This document shows, piece by piece, positions 1 to 8,368 of a stretch of 26,742 nucleotides of DNA (its first letter is position 1; each line of letters opens with the position of its first letter). The stretch is from NCBI GenBank assembly GCA_029258835.1, contig JAPDJY010000058.1, positions 1 to 26,742 on the forward strand, given 5' to 3'. Made by a program: the position numbers and the translations under genes. The stretch is from Thermoproteota archaeon (lineage in GTDB: Archaea > Asgardarchaeota > Jordiarchaeia > Jordiarchaeales > Freyrarchaeaceae). Below the pieces are notes generated by a model. It did no database searches. It worked only from the letters and a program-made list of their open reading frames with translations, and was not told the origin of the DNA.

Positions 1-1
1 G

Positions 2-589
2 ATCTCGCTCCTGAGAAAAGTAACCTCAGACCTGAAGGAAATATCCGTGAGGCTCAATGAGCTTTCATACACCATCTCAACTGCTATCGGGATGATCGAG
101 GATCTCAAGCCGGCTGTGGAGGAAGTTGTGGAGGAGGCTGCCGAGCGACTTGAGGAGGTGGCCGTGCAGGTTGAGGAAGCGGCCGAACCTGCGAAGGAAG
201 TTGAAGCGGTAGCAGCTGATGTTGAACCATCAGTAGTTGAGGCTGAGTCAGCCGTCACCGCAGCACCCCCTCCCCCCAAACCAGAGGAGGAACGGCTTGT
301 ACGCGTATCGGAGAGGATCCGTAAGCCCATAGAGGACCGATTCATAAAGCTGGAGAACCTTATAGAGGAGGGGACGAGACCCATTGAGATAGCTGAGGAA
401 TTGTTGAAGATGAAGTCATGGATCTACGAGGAATACCCGTCATTCTTGCCCATAGTCTACCACATCGACATGTGGTCGAGGAAACTCAAGTCCTACAGTG
501 AGCCGGCTCTAACACCCAGTGACAAGGCAAGGCTGCTCTTCAGTGTTGGTGAGTGGAAGGAGAGGATGCTGAAGGCCAAGCCTGGGTAA
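2..589 (+). CDS. Hypothetical protein, 5'-partial (acidic Glu/Ala/Val-rich linker, PPPP motif, helical C-terminal domain)
   Basis: The frame of ORF 47..589 stays open back to position 2 (ISLLRKVTSDLKEISVRLNE...), so the gene probably begins upstream of the window. No family recognised. Confidence 0.7.
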   Translation: MSLLRKVTSDLKEISVRLNELSYTISTAIGMIEDLKPAVEEVVEEAAERLEEVAVQVEEAAEPAKEVEAVAADVEPSVVEAESAVTAAPPPPKPEEERLVRVSERIRKPIEDRFIKLENLIEEGTRPIEIAEELLKMKSWIYEEYPSFLPIVYHIDMWSRKLKSYSEPALTPSDKARLLFSVGEWKERMLKAKPG

Positions 590-614
590 ACCTTTAATAG
601 CGTTAAACGCTTCC

Positions 615-1517
615 GTGCTGGTGGTGGCGTTGGAGAGAGTGCCTGCAGCCATAGGGTTCTACCCTGGCAATCCGAACGAGCTCAAGAGGGTTATAAGCGA
701 ATGCTTCACGGACAGGCACGGACCCGGGGAAACACCGAAGGTTAATAGTGAAGGCCCTAGGATCATAGTCGGATGCGTCGCCCCCCATGCAGGCTACTAC
801 TACTCTGGCCCCGTAGCGGCGCATCTTTACAAGGCTTTAGCCGAGGATGGGAGGCCAGAATGCTTCGTCATGCTTGGACCAAGCCACATGGGGTATCCAG
901 GCGCATCCATAATGAAGGAAGGTGTCTGGGCTCTACCATTTGGAAGGGCTACAATAGACAGCGAGCTCGCCGCGGCGATCCTGAAGCATGCCAGCATAAT
1001 CCTCGATGAGCCAAGAGCCCACGCAAGGGAGCACTCCCTCGAAGTCCAGTTGCCATTCCTCCAATACCTCTATGGAGAAGTAAAGTTTGTCCCCATAGTC
1101 TTTGGACCGACCGACTATGAAACGTGCAGGGAGGTTGGGGAAGGCGTAGCCGAGGCAGCCATGGAGCTTGGAAGGGACGTGCTAGTTCTGGGAAGCACAG
1201 ACATGACCCATTACGGTCCAATGTACGGTTACGCTCCTGCCGGCACAGGGCCGATAGAAAAAGTCATCTCATGGATCCACGAGGTAGACGGGAAAATGAT
1301 AAGTAAAATTGAGGGACTCGACCCAGCCGGACTCTACCAGCTTGTCCACGACGAGGGCTTCACCATGTGCGGCGTAAATGCCGTTGCAAGCATGATGGTT
1401 GCAGCCAAAAACCTTGGAGCAAGAAGAGTGTCAACCTTAAAATACGCAACAAGCTACGAGATAAGAGGTGGAAGAGACGCCATAGTAGGCTACCTCGCAT
1501 CCATCCTCACCAAGTAA
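615..1517 (+). CDS. MEMO1-family protein (AmmeMemoRadiSam system protein B)
   Basis: Motifs GFYP, VAPHAGYYYSG, LGPSH, EHSLEVQLPFLQ, STDMTHYG, TMCG, Y-A-T-S, VGY. The true start may be a few codons downstream. Confidence 0.92.
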   Translation: MLVVALERVPAAIGFYPGNPNELKRVISECFTDRHGPGETPKVNSEGPRIIVGCVAPHAGYYYSGPVAAHLYKALAEDGRPECFVMLGPSHMGYPGASIMKEGVWALPFGRATIDSELAAAILKHASIILDEPRAHAREHSLEVQLPFLQYLYGEVKFVPIVFGPTDYETCREVGEGVAEAAMELGRDVLVLGSTDMTHYGPMYGYAPAGTGPIEKVISWIHEVDGKMISKIEGLDPAGLYQLVHDEGFTMCGVNAVASMMVAAKNLGARRVSTLKYATSYEIRGGRDAIVGYLASILTK

Positions 1518-1559
1518 ATGAACACCTCCCACTCTCTCCCTTAACATCCCGAATCAGGC

Positions 1560-2665
1560 CTAAATTCTGGGCTGCCCACCGTACTTGTAGAAGATGTAGC
1601 ATGTCCCCTCTACGCTTACCATGCATGGGCCGTACGGCCTTTGGGGAGTGCATACCTTGCCGAAAAGCCTGCACTCTGGAGGATATATTTTCCCTATCAT
1701 TACGAGGTGACAGTTGCAGCCAGGGTTTAAGTCGAGGTGCTTCATGGGGGAGAACTCGAACTTTTTCTCGGCGTCGAGACGCTCAAACTCCTTTTTGAGC
1801 GTTAAGCCTGAGTCAGGTATTCTACCTATCCCCCTCCAGTATGCGGGGGAAACGTTGTAGACCTCCTTCATCCTCCTTTGAGCCTTCACGTTCCCCTCAT
1901 ACCTGACAAGCCTTGCATACTCGTTTTCACATCTGGCTTCTCCATCGCGTAGCTGTCTGAGAAGCATCAGGATCGCTAGGAGGACGTCGTTCGGCTCGAA
2001 GCCCGCCACCACAGTCGGCATCTTGTATGCTTCAGCGAAGACCCTGAAGGCTTTGACCCCTATTATAGCGGCTACGTGCCCGGGACATATGAAGCCGTCT
2101 ATTTGAAGGTCTCCGACCCCTAGTAGTAGCTCCATCGCGGGGGGGATGAGCCTGTGATAGCACATAACACTGAAGTTTTCCGGAACCCCCCTGAGAATCT
2201 CGCTAGCCGTCGTGGGAGCGGTTGTTTCGAAGCCGACCGAGAGGAAGACCACCTCCCTGTCAGGGTTCCTGCGTGCTATCTCGACGGCGTCGGAAGCGCT
2301 GTAAACAACTCTTACGTCTCCTCCTCTAGCCCTCGCCTCGAAAAGCGACATCCTTGTTGCCGGAACTCTCATGAGGTCTCCAAACGTGGTCACGATTACT
2401 CCGTTGAGGGCTAACTCCACGGCTCTATCTATTGCCACCGTTGGCACCACACATACTGGGCATCCCGGGCCGGCGATCACCTCGACGTTTTCGGGGAGAA
2501 TGCTCCTTAAGCCGAACCGGCTTATGGTATGCTCATGCTTCGGGGCTGGGAAGCTGTCCCGCAGACGTGCATAAACTTAACCTTCCGGCCCGGCTCTAAC
2601 TTCCTGATCTTATCAGCTATCTCCCTTGCCACCTTCGCGCTTCTGAGAGGTTCAACTGCCTCCAT
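1560..2665 (-). CDS. hypD: Hydrogenase maturation protein HypD, split by a 17-nt BHB intron (exon 1 2665-2556, exon 2 2538-1560; 362 aa after splicing)
   Basis: Exon 1 reads MEAVEPLRSAKVAREIADKIRKLEPGRKVKFMHVCG, preceded by a GGGAGG SD. Exon 2 reads HEHTISRFGLRSILPENVEVIAGPGCPVCV, then GFETTAP, GFICPGHV, GFEPND and the C-terminal CxC...C...C...GPCMVSVEGTC. Joining the exons gives the conserved MHVCGTHEH. Confidence 0.93.
2539..2555 (-). other. Candidate 17-nt bulge-helix-bulge mRNA intron (AGCUUCCCAGCCCCGAA)
   Basis: Pre-mRNA reads UG-CGGG-[AC^A]-GCU-UCCC-AGC-CCCG-[AA^G]-CA: a 4-bp central helix CGGG/CCCG, two 3-nt bulges, a 3-bp intron stem and a flanking exon stem. Cutting after nt 2 of each bulge gives AC|G = Thr and restores the frame. 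Confidence 0.85.
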
Positions 2666-2693
2666 AAGCCTCCCTTCCTTAAAAATCATCATC

Positions 2694-3323
2694 CTAAACG
2701 TGGAGGCTACGTTTTATCAGTTTTTCCTCAGCAACCCTAAGGTCTTTGGGGGTGTTAACGTTGAAGAATGTTTCGAGCTCCGGGTCTAACGCTTGAAGCG
2801 TTAAAGTTGAAACGTAGAGGGGTTTGAGCTGCTCTATGAGCCCCCTCATATCCCTGCGTCCCCGCCTCAGCGCCTCCCTTGACGCGTTTAGGGACCTCTT
2901 AACCGAGTAAACCGCTATGAGCGGCTCGATGAACCCGTTAGGCCACCTGGGTATGACAGCATCCCACCCGTGGGCTAACTCCTTCAGGAACGACAGGACG
3001 GCTACCTTGGCGAGGGGTGCGTCGCATGGGAGAACCATTAGGTACTTCCCGCTGCAGCTTGAGAGAGCCGTGTAAACCCCGACCAAAGGAGACTTGAAGG
3101 CTGCCGTTTCGTCCGGAACAACCGCCACATGGCTTGGCAGAACCTTCTCGTACTCCCTGACCTTTTCAGGGTCTACTACTACGAGCACCTCCTCCGACAG
3201 CCGTCTGCATGCCTCAACGACGTATGCGACCATGGGCTTACCTGCGAGGGCGACCAGCCCCTTCTCGCCTCCCATCCTAGAGGATGCTCCACCTGAAAGG
3301 ACGGCAACAGACAGCTTACCCAA
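2694..3323 (-). CDS. mobA: Molybdenum cofactor guanylyltransferase
   Basis: N-terminal VLSGGASSRMGGEKG, SPLVG, LPCDAP, IEPLIAVY, FFNVNTPKDL. Confidence 0.88.
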   Translation of the reverse strand: MGKLSVAVLSGGASSRMGGEKGLVALAGKPMVAYVVEACRRLSEEVLVVVDPEKVREYEKVLPSHVAVVPDETAAFKSPLVGVYTALSSCSGKYLMVLPCDAPLAKVAVLSFLKELAHGWDAVIPRWPNGFIEPLIAVYSVKRSLNASREALRRGRRDMRGLIEQLKPLYVSTLTLQALDPELETFFNVNTPKDLRVAEEKLIKRSLHV

Positions 3324-3350
3324 CTACCTTCAACCCTTCCCACTTCTCCC

Positions 3351-3770
3351 TTACTCGCCTTCTAGGACGCCTGCGTCCTTCAGGATCTTCTCGTGGTCGA
3401 ATGCCAGCTTGACACGCCTCACCTCCTCGAAGGTGAACTTCCGCGCCTCCTTAGCGTCCGTTGAAGGCTTAAGATCTCCCCCCTTCTCCCTGCAAAGGTA
3501 GGCGACCGTAACCACGTGTCCTCTAGGATCCCTGTCTGGGTCATCGTAGATCCCAATCATCCTCTCAACTTCGACTTCAAGCCCCGTCTCCTCCCTCACC
3601 TCCCTTTTAAGGGCGTCCACCACCCTCTCGCCAACCTCCACGAAGCCTCCGGGCAGAGCGTAGTGGTCCTTAAATGGAGGGTTCAACCTCCTTATAAGGA
3701 CCACCGTGTTCCTCTCCCTACCAAGTATGACGGCGTCCACGGTGAGCAAGGGAGTCCTAGGAGCAGACAT
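3351..3770 (-). CDS. NUDIX hydrolase (ADP-ribose pyrophosphatase-like)
   Basis: Nudix box GGFVEVGERVVDALKREVREETG, plus RDPRGH and LAFDH motifs. Confidence 0.92.
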   Translation of the reverse strand: MSAPRTPLLTVDAVILGRERNTVVLIRRLNPPFKDHYALPGGFVEVGERVVDALKREVREETGLEVEVERMIGIYDDPDRDPRGHVVTVAYLCREKGGDLKPSTDAKEARKFTFEEVRRVKLAFDHEKILKDAGVLEGE

Positions 3771-3813
3771 GATCCCACCAACAACACCAGCACCTAACAG
3801 CTACTTAACCTTT

Positions 3814-3924
3814 CCGTTCTGGTTATCCGCTACTTTTGTTGTATGTGGTGCTTTCGTAGCGGACAACCTTCCCCTCCTCAGATTTCATTGGAGGGCTTTC
3901 GGGGGGAGCGGGGCTCCCCACATC
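3814..3924 (-). ncRNA. TnpB omega/reRNA scaffold overlapping the tnpB 3' end and the IS right end
   Basis: GATGTGGGG...TCCCCCCGAAAGCCC hairpins, a 13-bp stem GGTTGTCCGCTAC/GTAGCGGATAACC, and a possible pseudoknot CCGCTC/GAACGG. The position matches the established location of TnpB guide scaffolds. The 5' boundary is uncertain. Confidence 0.7.
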
Positions 3925-5019
3925 TATCTTTAAGGATTTTAAACCTCTCAATCTGATATTCCAGCTACCGATGACATCCCTATCAGCAACCAACCCGCAT
4001 TCGCATTCCAACTGCCTCCACCCATTCGGGCTTAATTCTCTCCCACATATCGGGCAGAGGCTTGAGGTTTTGTGAGGGTTAACATAAACAACTTCAATGC
4101 CATTAAGCCTAGCCTTATACTCTAATACCTGCTGGAATTTTCTGAAACCCCACCTGTGTAACCTTCCGTTTAACTCTTTCGAGTAATCCATCCTCTTTCT
4201 GATTTCTTCGAGATTTTCCAAGGCTATTGCCGAATTCGCTTTCAAAGCGACTTCAACGATTTTATTGGCGACTTCGTGGTAGACGTTCAGAACCCTGTTT
4301 CTTTCCCTACTACGGTACTTCGCCAAAACCTTAGCCTTAACTCTCCTGCACCTTATCTTACTCTGAATTTTTCTTCTTTTCAAGAAGTAAGCCGTCCTAA
4401 TCACTCTTTCCCTCGTCACGAAGGTTATGAAGCTCTGATTAGTCGCAATAGTAGCGTTATTCTCGTTTACATCGACTCCTATAACGTCTTCATGATCCCT
4501 CATCTCAACATTCTTTGAGAATACCACGTTTAGGTAGGTTTCATCCTCCCTCTTAACCAACCAAGTCTGCCCGATCTTCCAACCTCTAAACTTCTCATGG
4601 TATTCTCCGTGTAAAACCTTAAACTCAACTCTTCCATTAGGCGTAGAGACTCTGACAACCCAGTTCTCTAAATTGAGTCTGAACAAGTGGTCATCGAGCA
4701 TAATTACATCTTTCTTAAATGTGGGTTTGTCGGATTTAACCCTACCCTTCCTTCTAAGCTTTCTGAACGACTTGTAGATAGAACATGCCATCTGACAGGC
4801 TGTGTAAATGTAGTGGGATGGCAGTTTAGAATATCTTTGCCTCAACCTATGATATTTCTCGGACCTCAACCTCTTGAAAGATGTAATTCCTTTAGAATGA
4901 GCATAACCCAACAACTCATTAACTATTGATTTATAAGTTTCAAACAAGCCTTCATCCACTTTTCCATCAAGTTTAAACCTTGCCGTCAGTTTAACAGTCC
5001 CTGATCGCTTGCTTGACAC
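3823..5019 (-). CDS. tnpB: TnpB RNA-guided endonuclease (IS607-associated), apparently intact
   Basis: RuvC-I IGVDVN, RuvC-II IALENL, Zn finger CPIC...CECG, RuvC-III ADRDVIGSWNI. Confidence 0.92.
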   Translation of the reverse strand: MSSKRSGTVKLTARFKLDGKVDEGLFETYKSIVNELLGYAHSKGITSFKRLRSEKYHRLRQRYSKLPSHYIYTACQMACSIYKSFRKLRRKGRVKSDKPTFKKDVIMLDDHLFRLNLENWVVRVSTPNGRVEFKVLHGEYHEKFRGWKIGQTWLVKREDETYLNVVFSKNVEMRDHEDVIGVDVNENNATIATNQSFITFVTRERVIRTAYFLKRRKIQSKIRCRRVKAKVLAKYRSRERNRVLNVYHEVANKIVEVALKANSAIALENLEEIRKRMDYSKELNGRLHRWGFRKFQQVLEYKARLNGIEVVYVNPHKTSSLCPICGRELSPNGWRQLECECGLVADRDVIGSWNIRLRGLKSLKIDVGSPAPPESPPMKSEEGKVVRYESTTYNKSSG

Positions 5020-5604
5020 TCTCTACCACCTTCTTCTTTTTGTGACTTCTCATTCCGTATAATCTGCCAGCAAACGAAGTTACAATTGCTATTAAATCCT
5101 CAGTAAGCTCTTGGTGTAAATCCTTAGGTTCTTCGCCAAAGACCACTTCAATTCTAACTCCGTGCGAGTTGAAGAACTCTTCCAAATACTTAAATCCAAA
5201 CCTCGTAAGCTATCTTTATAGCTGATTGCTACAACGTCAACCTTTCCGTTTACAACGTATTCAAACAGCTTTTCCAAGCCCCTACGCTTTTCACTTAATC
5301 CAGAAGCTACATCTGTTAGAATATCGACAACGTTGTATCCTCTAGCTGAGCAGTACTCCTTAAGATATTCAACCTGCCTTTCCAAGTCACTTCTCTGATC
5401 CGATGATGAAACTCTCGCATAGATAACCGCTGTACTGGTAGCCTTGCCTTTAAGCAACCTCTTTATTTCGTCCTCTGGAACTCTATACTCCTTACCAATC
5501 CTCACCGCTTTAATCCTACCTTGCTTAATCCACCTAATCACCGTAACTTTGTGCACTCCAAGCATCTCTGCTGCTTTTCCCGTCCTGTACAACCTCATCG
5601 CCAC
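4991..5604 (-). pseudogene. tnpA: IS607 TnpA serine recombinase, frameshifted (1-nt deletion at about 5210)
   Basis: MerR-like HTH followed by YARVSSSDQ. The expected YKDRLTRFGFKYLEEFF appears as GAT-AG-CTT-ACG-AGG-TTT-GGA (one base missing). The C-terminal ELTEDLIAIVTSFAGRLYGMRS is in the other frame (ORF 4991..5185). Confidence 0.85.
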
Positions 5605-5708
5605 TTTATAAAATACAACAAAAATACTTAAATGTTACAAACGCAACATTATACACTTCTGCCCCGCCAAACATCGCTTGGGAGCCTTCGCCTCCGGGCC
5701 CTCAGCCT

Positions 5709-6674
5709 TCACCGCCTCCGAGTCCCCTTATGCCCGCCTTTCCCGAAGAGTCTCCTACCTCTCTTCTCCCCTCTAATGGGAGCGTCGCATAAGGGGCAGT
5801 AATCCAGCTCTTTAACCGCGATCACCGCTCCACATGATGGGCACATTTTCTCCTCCACCTTAATTTCTTCCAGCAGGCTCTCCACCGCTTTAACACCTCT
5901 CTTATCTCCCACCCTTTCAAAAACTTCTCTAGCCTTCCCGGCTGCCTCCATAGCCTCCTCAAGCCTGTTAAGCTCCCTCAGCGTTAACGCCAGCGCCAGA
6001 CGCTGGCTTGCAGCCAATCTGAGGTTGCCCACCTCCTCGCATACTTTTACAGTGTCCCCGCGTATTCTAGCCGAGTAGTCGAGCCAACCCATTTGCCTCG
6101 TAGTTTCCGCCAGGTTCGCCATGACGTTGGCCTCCAAATCCCTCACACCACTCCTCCTTGCCTTCTCAGCCGCCTCCTGAAGAACTCTAAACGCATCCTC
6201 CAGCCTGCCGCTTGTAAGGTATGCCACCCCCATGTTGTTAAGCGCCCTCGCCTCGTCTTCTAGGCTTCCAACCCCTCTGGCAACATCCAATGCCTTCTGG
6301 TGGTAGCTTAAAACCTCCTCCAGCGGTCTCTTAAGGTACGTGTAGGCTACACCCATACCCGTGTAGCTCCTGGACACTCCGGACTTGTGGCCTATCCTCT
6401 CACATAGGTTTAACGCTTCCTTGAAGACCCTTAGGCTCTTCTTAACCTTCCCGTTCCTGTATAATGCTACGCCCAGCTTCAACTTGGCTTCAGCCAGCAT
6501 TTCCCCGTCGGACTTAAACGCCCTGACAGCCTTCCTTAACACCTTCTCCGCCTTAGCGTTCTCCCCTCTCCTGAGGAGTTGCTCTCCAAGCTCTAGGAGA
6601 ACCTTCCCGCTTTCCGGCACCTTCCCACCCTTCAACAGTCCCTTTAAAACACCCCGAAGATCCTTAAAAAGCAT
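5709..6674 (-). CDS. Tetratricopeptide-repeat protein with C-terminal zinc ribbon
   Basis: Repeated TPR-like helices (LGVALYRNG, MGVAYTY, LNNMGVAY, ANLAE) and C-terminal CPSC...CPLC. Confidence 0.8.
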   Translation of the reverse strand: MLFKDLRGVLKGLLKGGKVPESGKVLLELGEQLLRRGENAKAEKVLRKAVRAFKSDGEMLAEAKLKLGVALYRNGKVKKSLRVFKEALNLCERIGHKSGVSRSYTGMGVAYTYLKRPLEEVLSYHQKALDVARGVGSLEDEARALNNMGVAYLTSGRLEDAFRVLQEAAEKARRSGVRDLEANVMANLAETTRQMGWLDYSARIRGDTVKVCEEVGNLRLAASQRLALALTLRELNRLEEAMEAAGKAREVFERVGDKRGVKAVESLLEEIKVEEKMCPSCGAVIAVKELDYCPLCDAPIRGEKRGRRLFGKGGHKGTRRR

Positions 6675-6768
6675 TCCCCTGAGATGCAGTACAAGGTAAA
6701 AGATAAGGTTTTTACGCTTTCAATCCCCTTTAGTTATAAGGGGATTAAGGGGAGAGGCTGGTGTTTCC

Positions 6769-8355
6769 ATGATAGTGCCCGTAACCTTAGCGACGCAGAG
6801 CCTAGACTCTGCTAGCACTTACGTGTCGTTTGGGGACGAGCCGATCGAAGCTGTCAGGCTCCTGAAGCCCTTTGAGGAAGGCGGATTCGGACTAGAAGAG
6901 TTAATGATCGACTTTAACCGTAAGCTGACACCGTATGGTCAGGTAACTGAGATAGTGGATCGCCTGCTCGACGAGGAGGTCATACCGAGCTCTAAGGTTA
7001 AACTCATCCCTATGGTTCCCGCAAGGGGGGCTGGGGGGCTGAGGAAGACAGCCATCCTGCACTCCATAATAGAGGCCAACTATGCTGCCTACGGCCAGCT
7101 CAACGACAGCGTGGTCAGCGAGGTGATCCACCCGGTGTGCGGAAGCGTGAGGGACCTAGTGAGGGTTGAAGCGAACTTTAACATAATTAAAAACTATGTT
7201 CTTGAAAGCACCCTCACCCCGGTGGACATGGGAGACATAAGCTTAATCCCGGCTTTAGAGGATCTAAAATCTTTAATAGACGCCGCCAAGATCGTGTCAG
7301 AGTACGTTCACAGCCGTCGAACCATGCTCGCCACCGAAAGCGAGGTGTTAAGGGTTTACCTTGGCAGGGATGTCCCATCGGTGAAGGTTGGCATGGCTGC
7401 GTCAACCATAGCGGTGAGGCTTGCCCTCTCGGACTTGGCTGAGACCTCGGAGAAGCTCTCAGTAGCCGTTCACCCGATCCTGGAGAGTGGCTCGCTTCCG
7501 CTCAAAGGCAACCTCAACTATGAAAGCGTAAACTCTTTCATGGAAACGTACGGGGGCGCGTCCACGGTAACCATCCAGTCGAGCATGGTCTACGATTCGT
7601 CCCAGAGGAAAACAGCCGACTTGGTGAGATGCCTTAAGGACTCCCTTCAGGGTAGGAGGCCCCCATGCTTAAGCGGCGAGAGGAGCGAGGTCTTAGAGGT
7701 GATATCTGTTTTCTCGGCAGCCTACGTGGAGGCCATATCCAAGATATACGGGCTGCTGGAGTCCCTCGCCGGGCTGATCCCTGACAGAAGGGAGTCCCTA
7801 CACAACGAGAAGGTTAAGGTTAACGCTGAAGAGTTAAGCCTCCCGACATGCGATAAAGGCAGAAAAGGGAAGGGTGGACACCCACCCGTGCACTCCTTCA
7901 CCCTTCCACCACCTGTTAAGTACGTGGCATTGATGTACAGCTTAGGAGTCCCCCCTGAAATAGTTGGGGTTGGAAGAGCCTTAAACATGCTCTCGCAGAC
8001 GGGACTACTGGACAGGGTCTTCGAGCTCTACTATCCCTCCATCGAGGTTGACGTCTCCTCGGCGTGGAGGTACCTCTGCCTTGAAGCAGCAGGGAAGGTG
8101 TTCCCCGAGTCCTTCATCTCGGACGTGAAAGAGGACGTGAAGTACATAAGAGAGTTCCTAGACCCTAAGGATGACTTCTCGGTATCTCATAGGGCGTTGG
8201 CGATGATGATCTCAGAGTACGTGGCGTTAAAGGTCATACCTGAAAAGCAGTTGAGAAGCTCCGAGGTGAAGGAGTTCGTCAGGAACAGCACGCTGGAGGA
8301 GGCAGTAAGGCAAATAATCCTCCAAGCTGGATGCATAAGGGGGGCTTTAGGGTAA
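6769..8355 (+). CDS. Archaeal-type phosphoenolpyruvate carboxylase (PpcA) homolog with degenerate catalytic motifs
   Basis: Family layout is retained: LATQxxDSA, E-x-MID..KLTPY, EVIHP, IPALE, LRVYLGR, GSLPLKG, TIQS, YSLGVPPEIVG, C-terminal RGALG. Several invariant residues are substituted. Confidence 0.78.
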   Translation: MIVPVTLATQSLDSASTYVSFGDEPIEAVRLLKPFEEGGFGLEELMIDFNRKLTPYGQVTEIVDRLLDEEVIPSSKVKLIPMVPARGAGGLRKTAILHSIIEANYAAYGQLNDSVVSEVIHPVCGSVRDLVRVEANFNIIKNYVLESTLTPVDMGDISLIPALEDLKSLIDAAKIVSEYVHSRRTMLATESEVLRVYLGRDVPSVKVGMAASTIAVRLALSDLAETSEKLSVAVHPILESGSLPLKGNLNYESVNSFMETYGGASTVTIQSSMVYDSSQRKTADLVRCLKDSLQGRRPPCLSGERSEVLEVISVFSAAYVEAISKIYGLLESLAGLIPDRRESLHNEKVKVNAEELSLPTCDKGRKGKGGHPPVHSFTLPPPVKYVALMYSLGVPPEIVGVGRALNMLSQTGLLDRVFELYYPSIEVDVSSAWRYLCLEAAGKVFPESFISDVKEDVKYIREFLDPKDDFSVSHRALAMMISEYVALKVIPEKQLRSSEVKEFVRNSTLEEAVRQIILQAGCIRGALG

Positions 8356-8368
8356 ATCGGGAGGGAGA

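Larger units (their letters stand above)
3814..5664 (-). mobile_element. IS607-family insertion sequence (tnpA serine recombinase + tnpB)
   Basis: tnpA and tnpB overlap, and the segment is more AT-rich than its flanks. The right end reads ...CAGAAC-GG (3814-3821) and the left end GG-CAGAAG (about 5656-5664, boundary approximate). An 11-bp subterminal inverted repeat ATACAACAAAA lies at 5613-5623 / 3834-3844. Confidence 0.88.

Noticed and set aside
1560-2480. ORF-track hypD starting at GTG 2480, or a hypD pseudogene call
   Set aside because: That ORF lacks the essential CGxH N-terminus, which lies upstream in another frame. The only lesion is a precise BHB-forming insert, so an intron is the better explanation.
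5200-5220. tnpA frameshift as a second intron or a programmed frameshift
   Set aside because: It is a 1-nt deletion, not an insertion, with no BHB or slippery run at the site.
7865-7910. GC-rich hairpin in the PpcA-like gene as an in-frame intron
   Set aside because: It can pair (GGAAGGGTG/CACCCTTCC) but has no 3-4-3 bulge-helix-bulge geometry.
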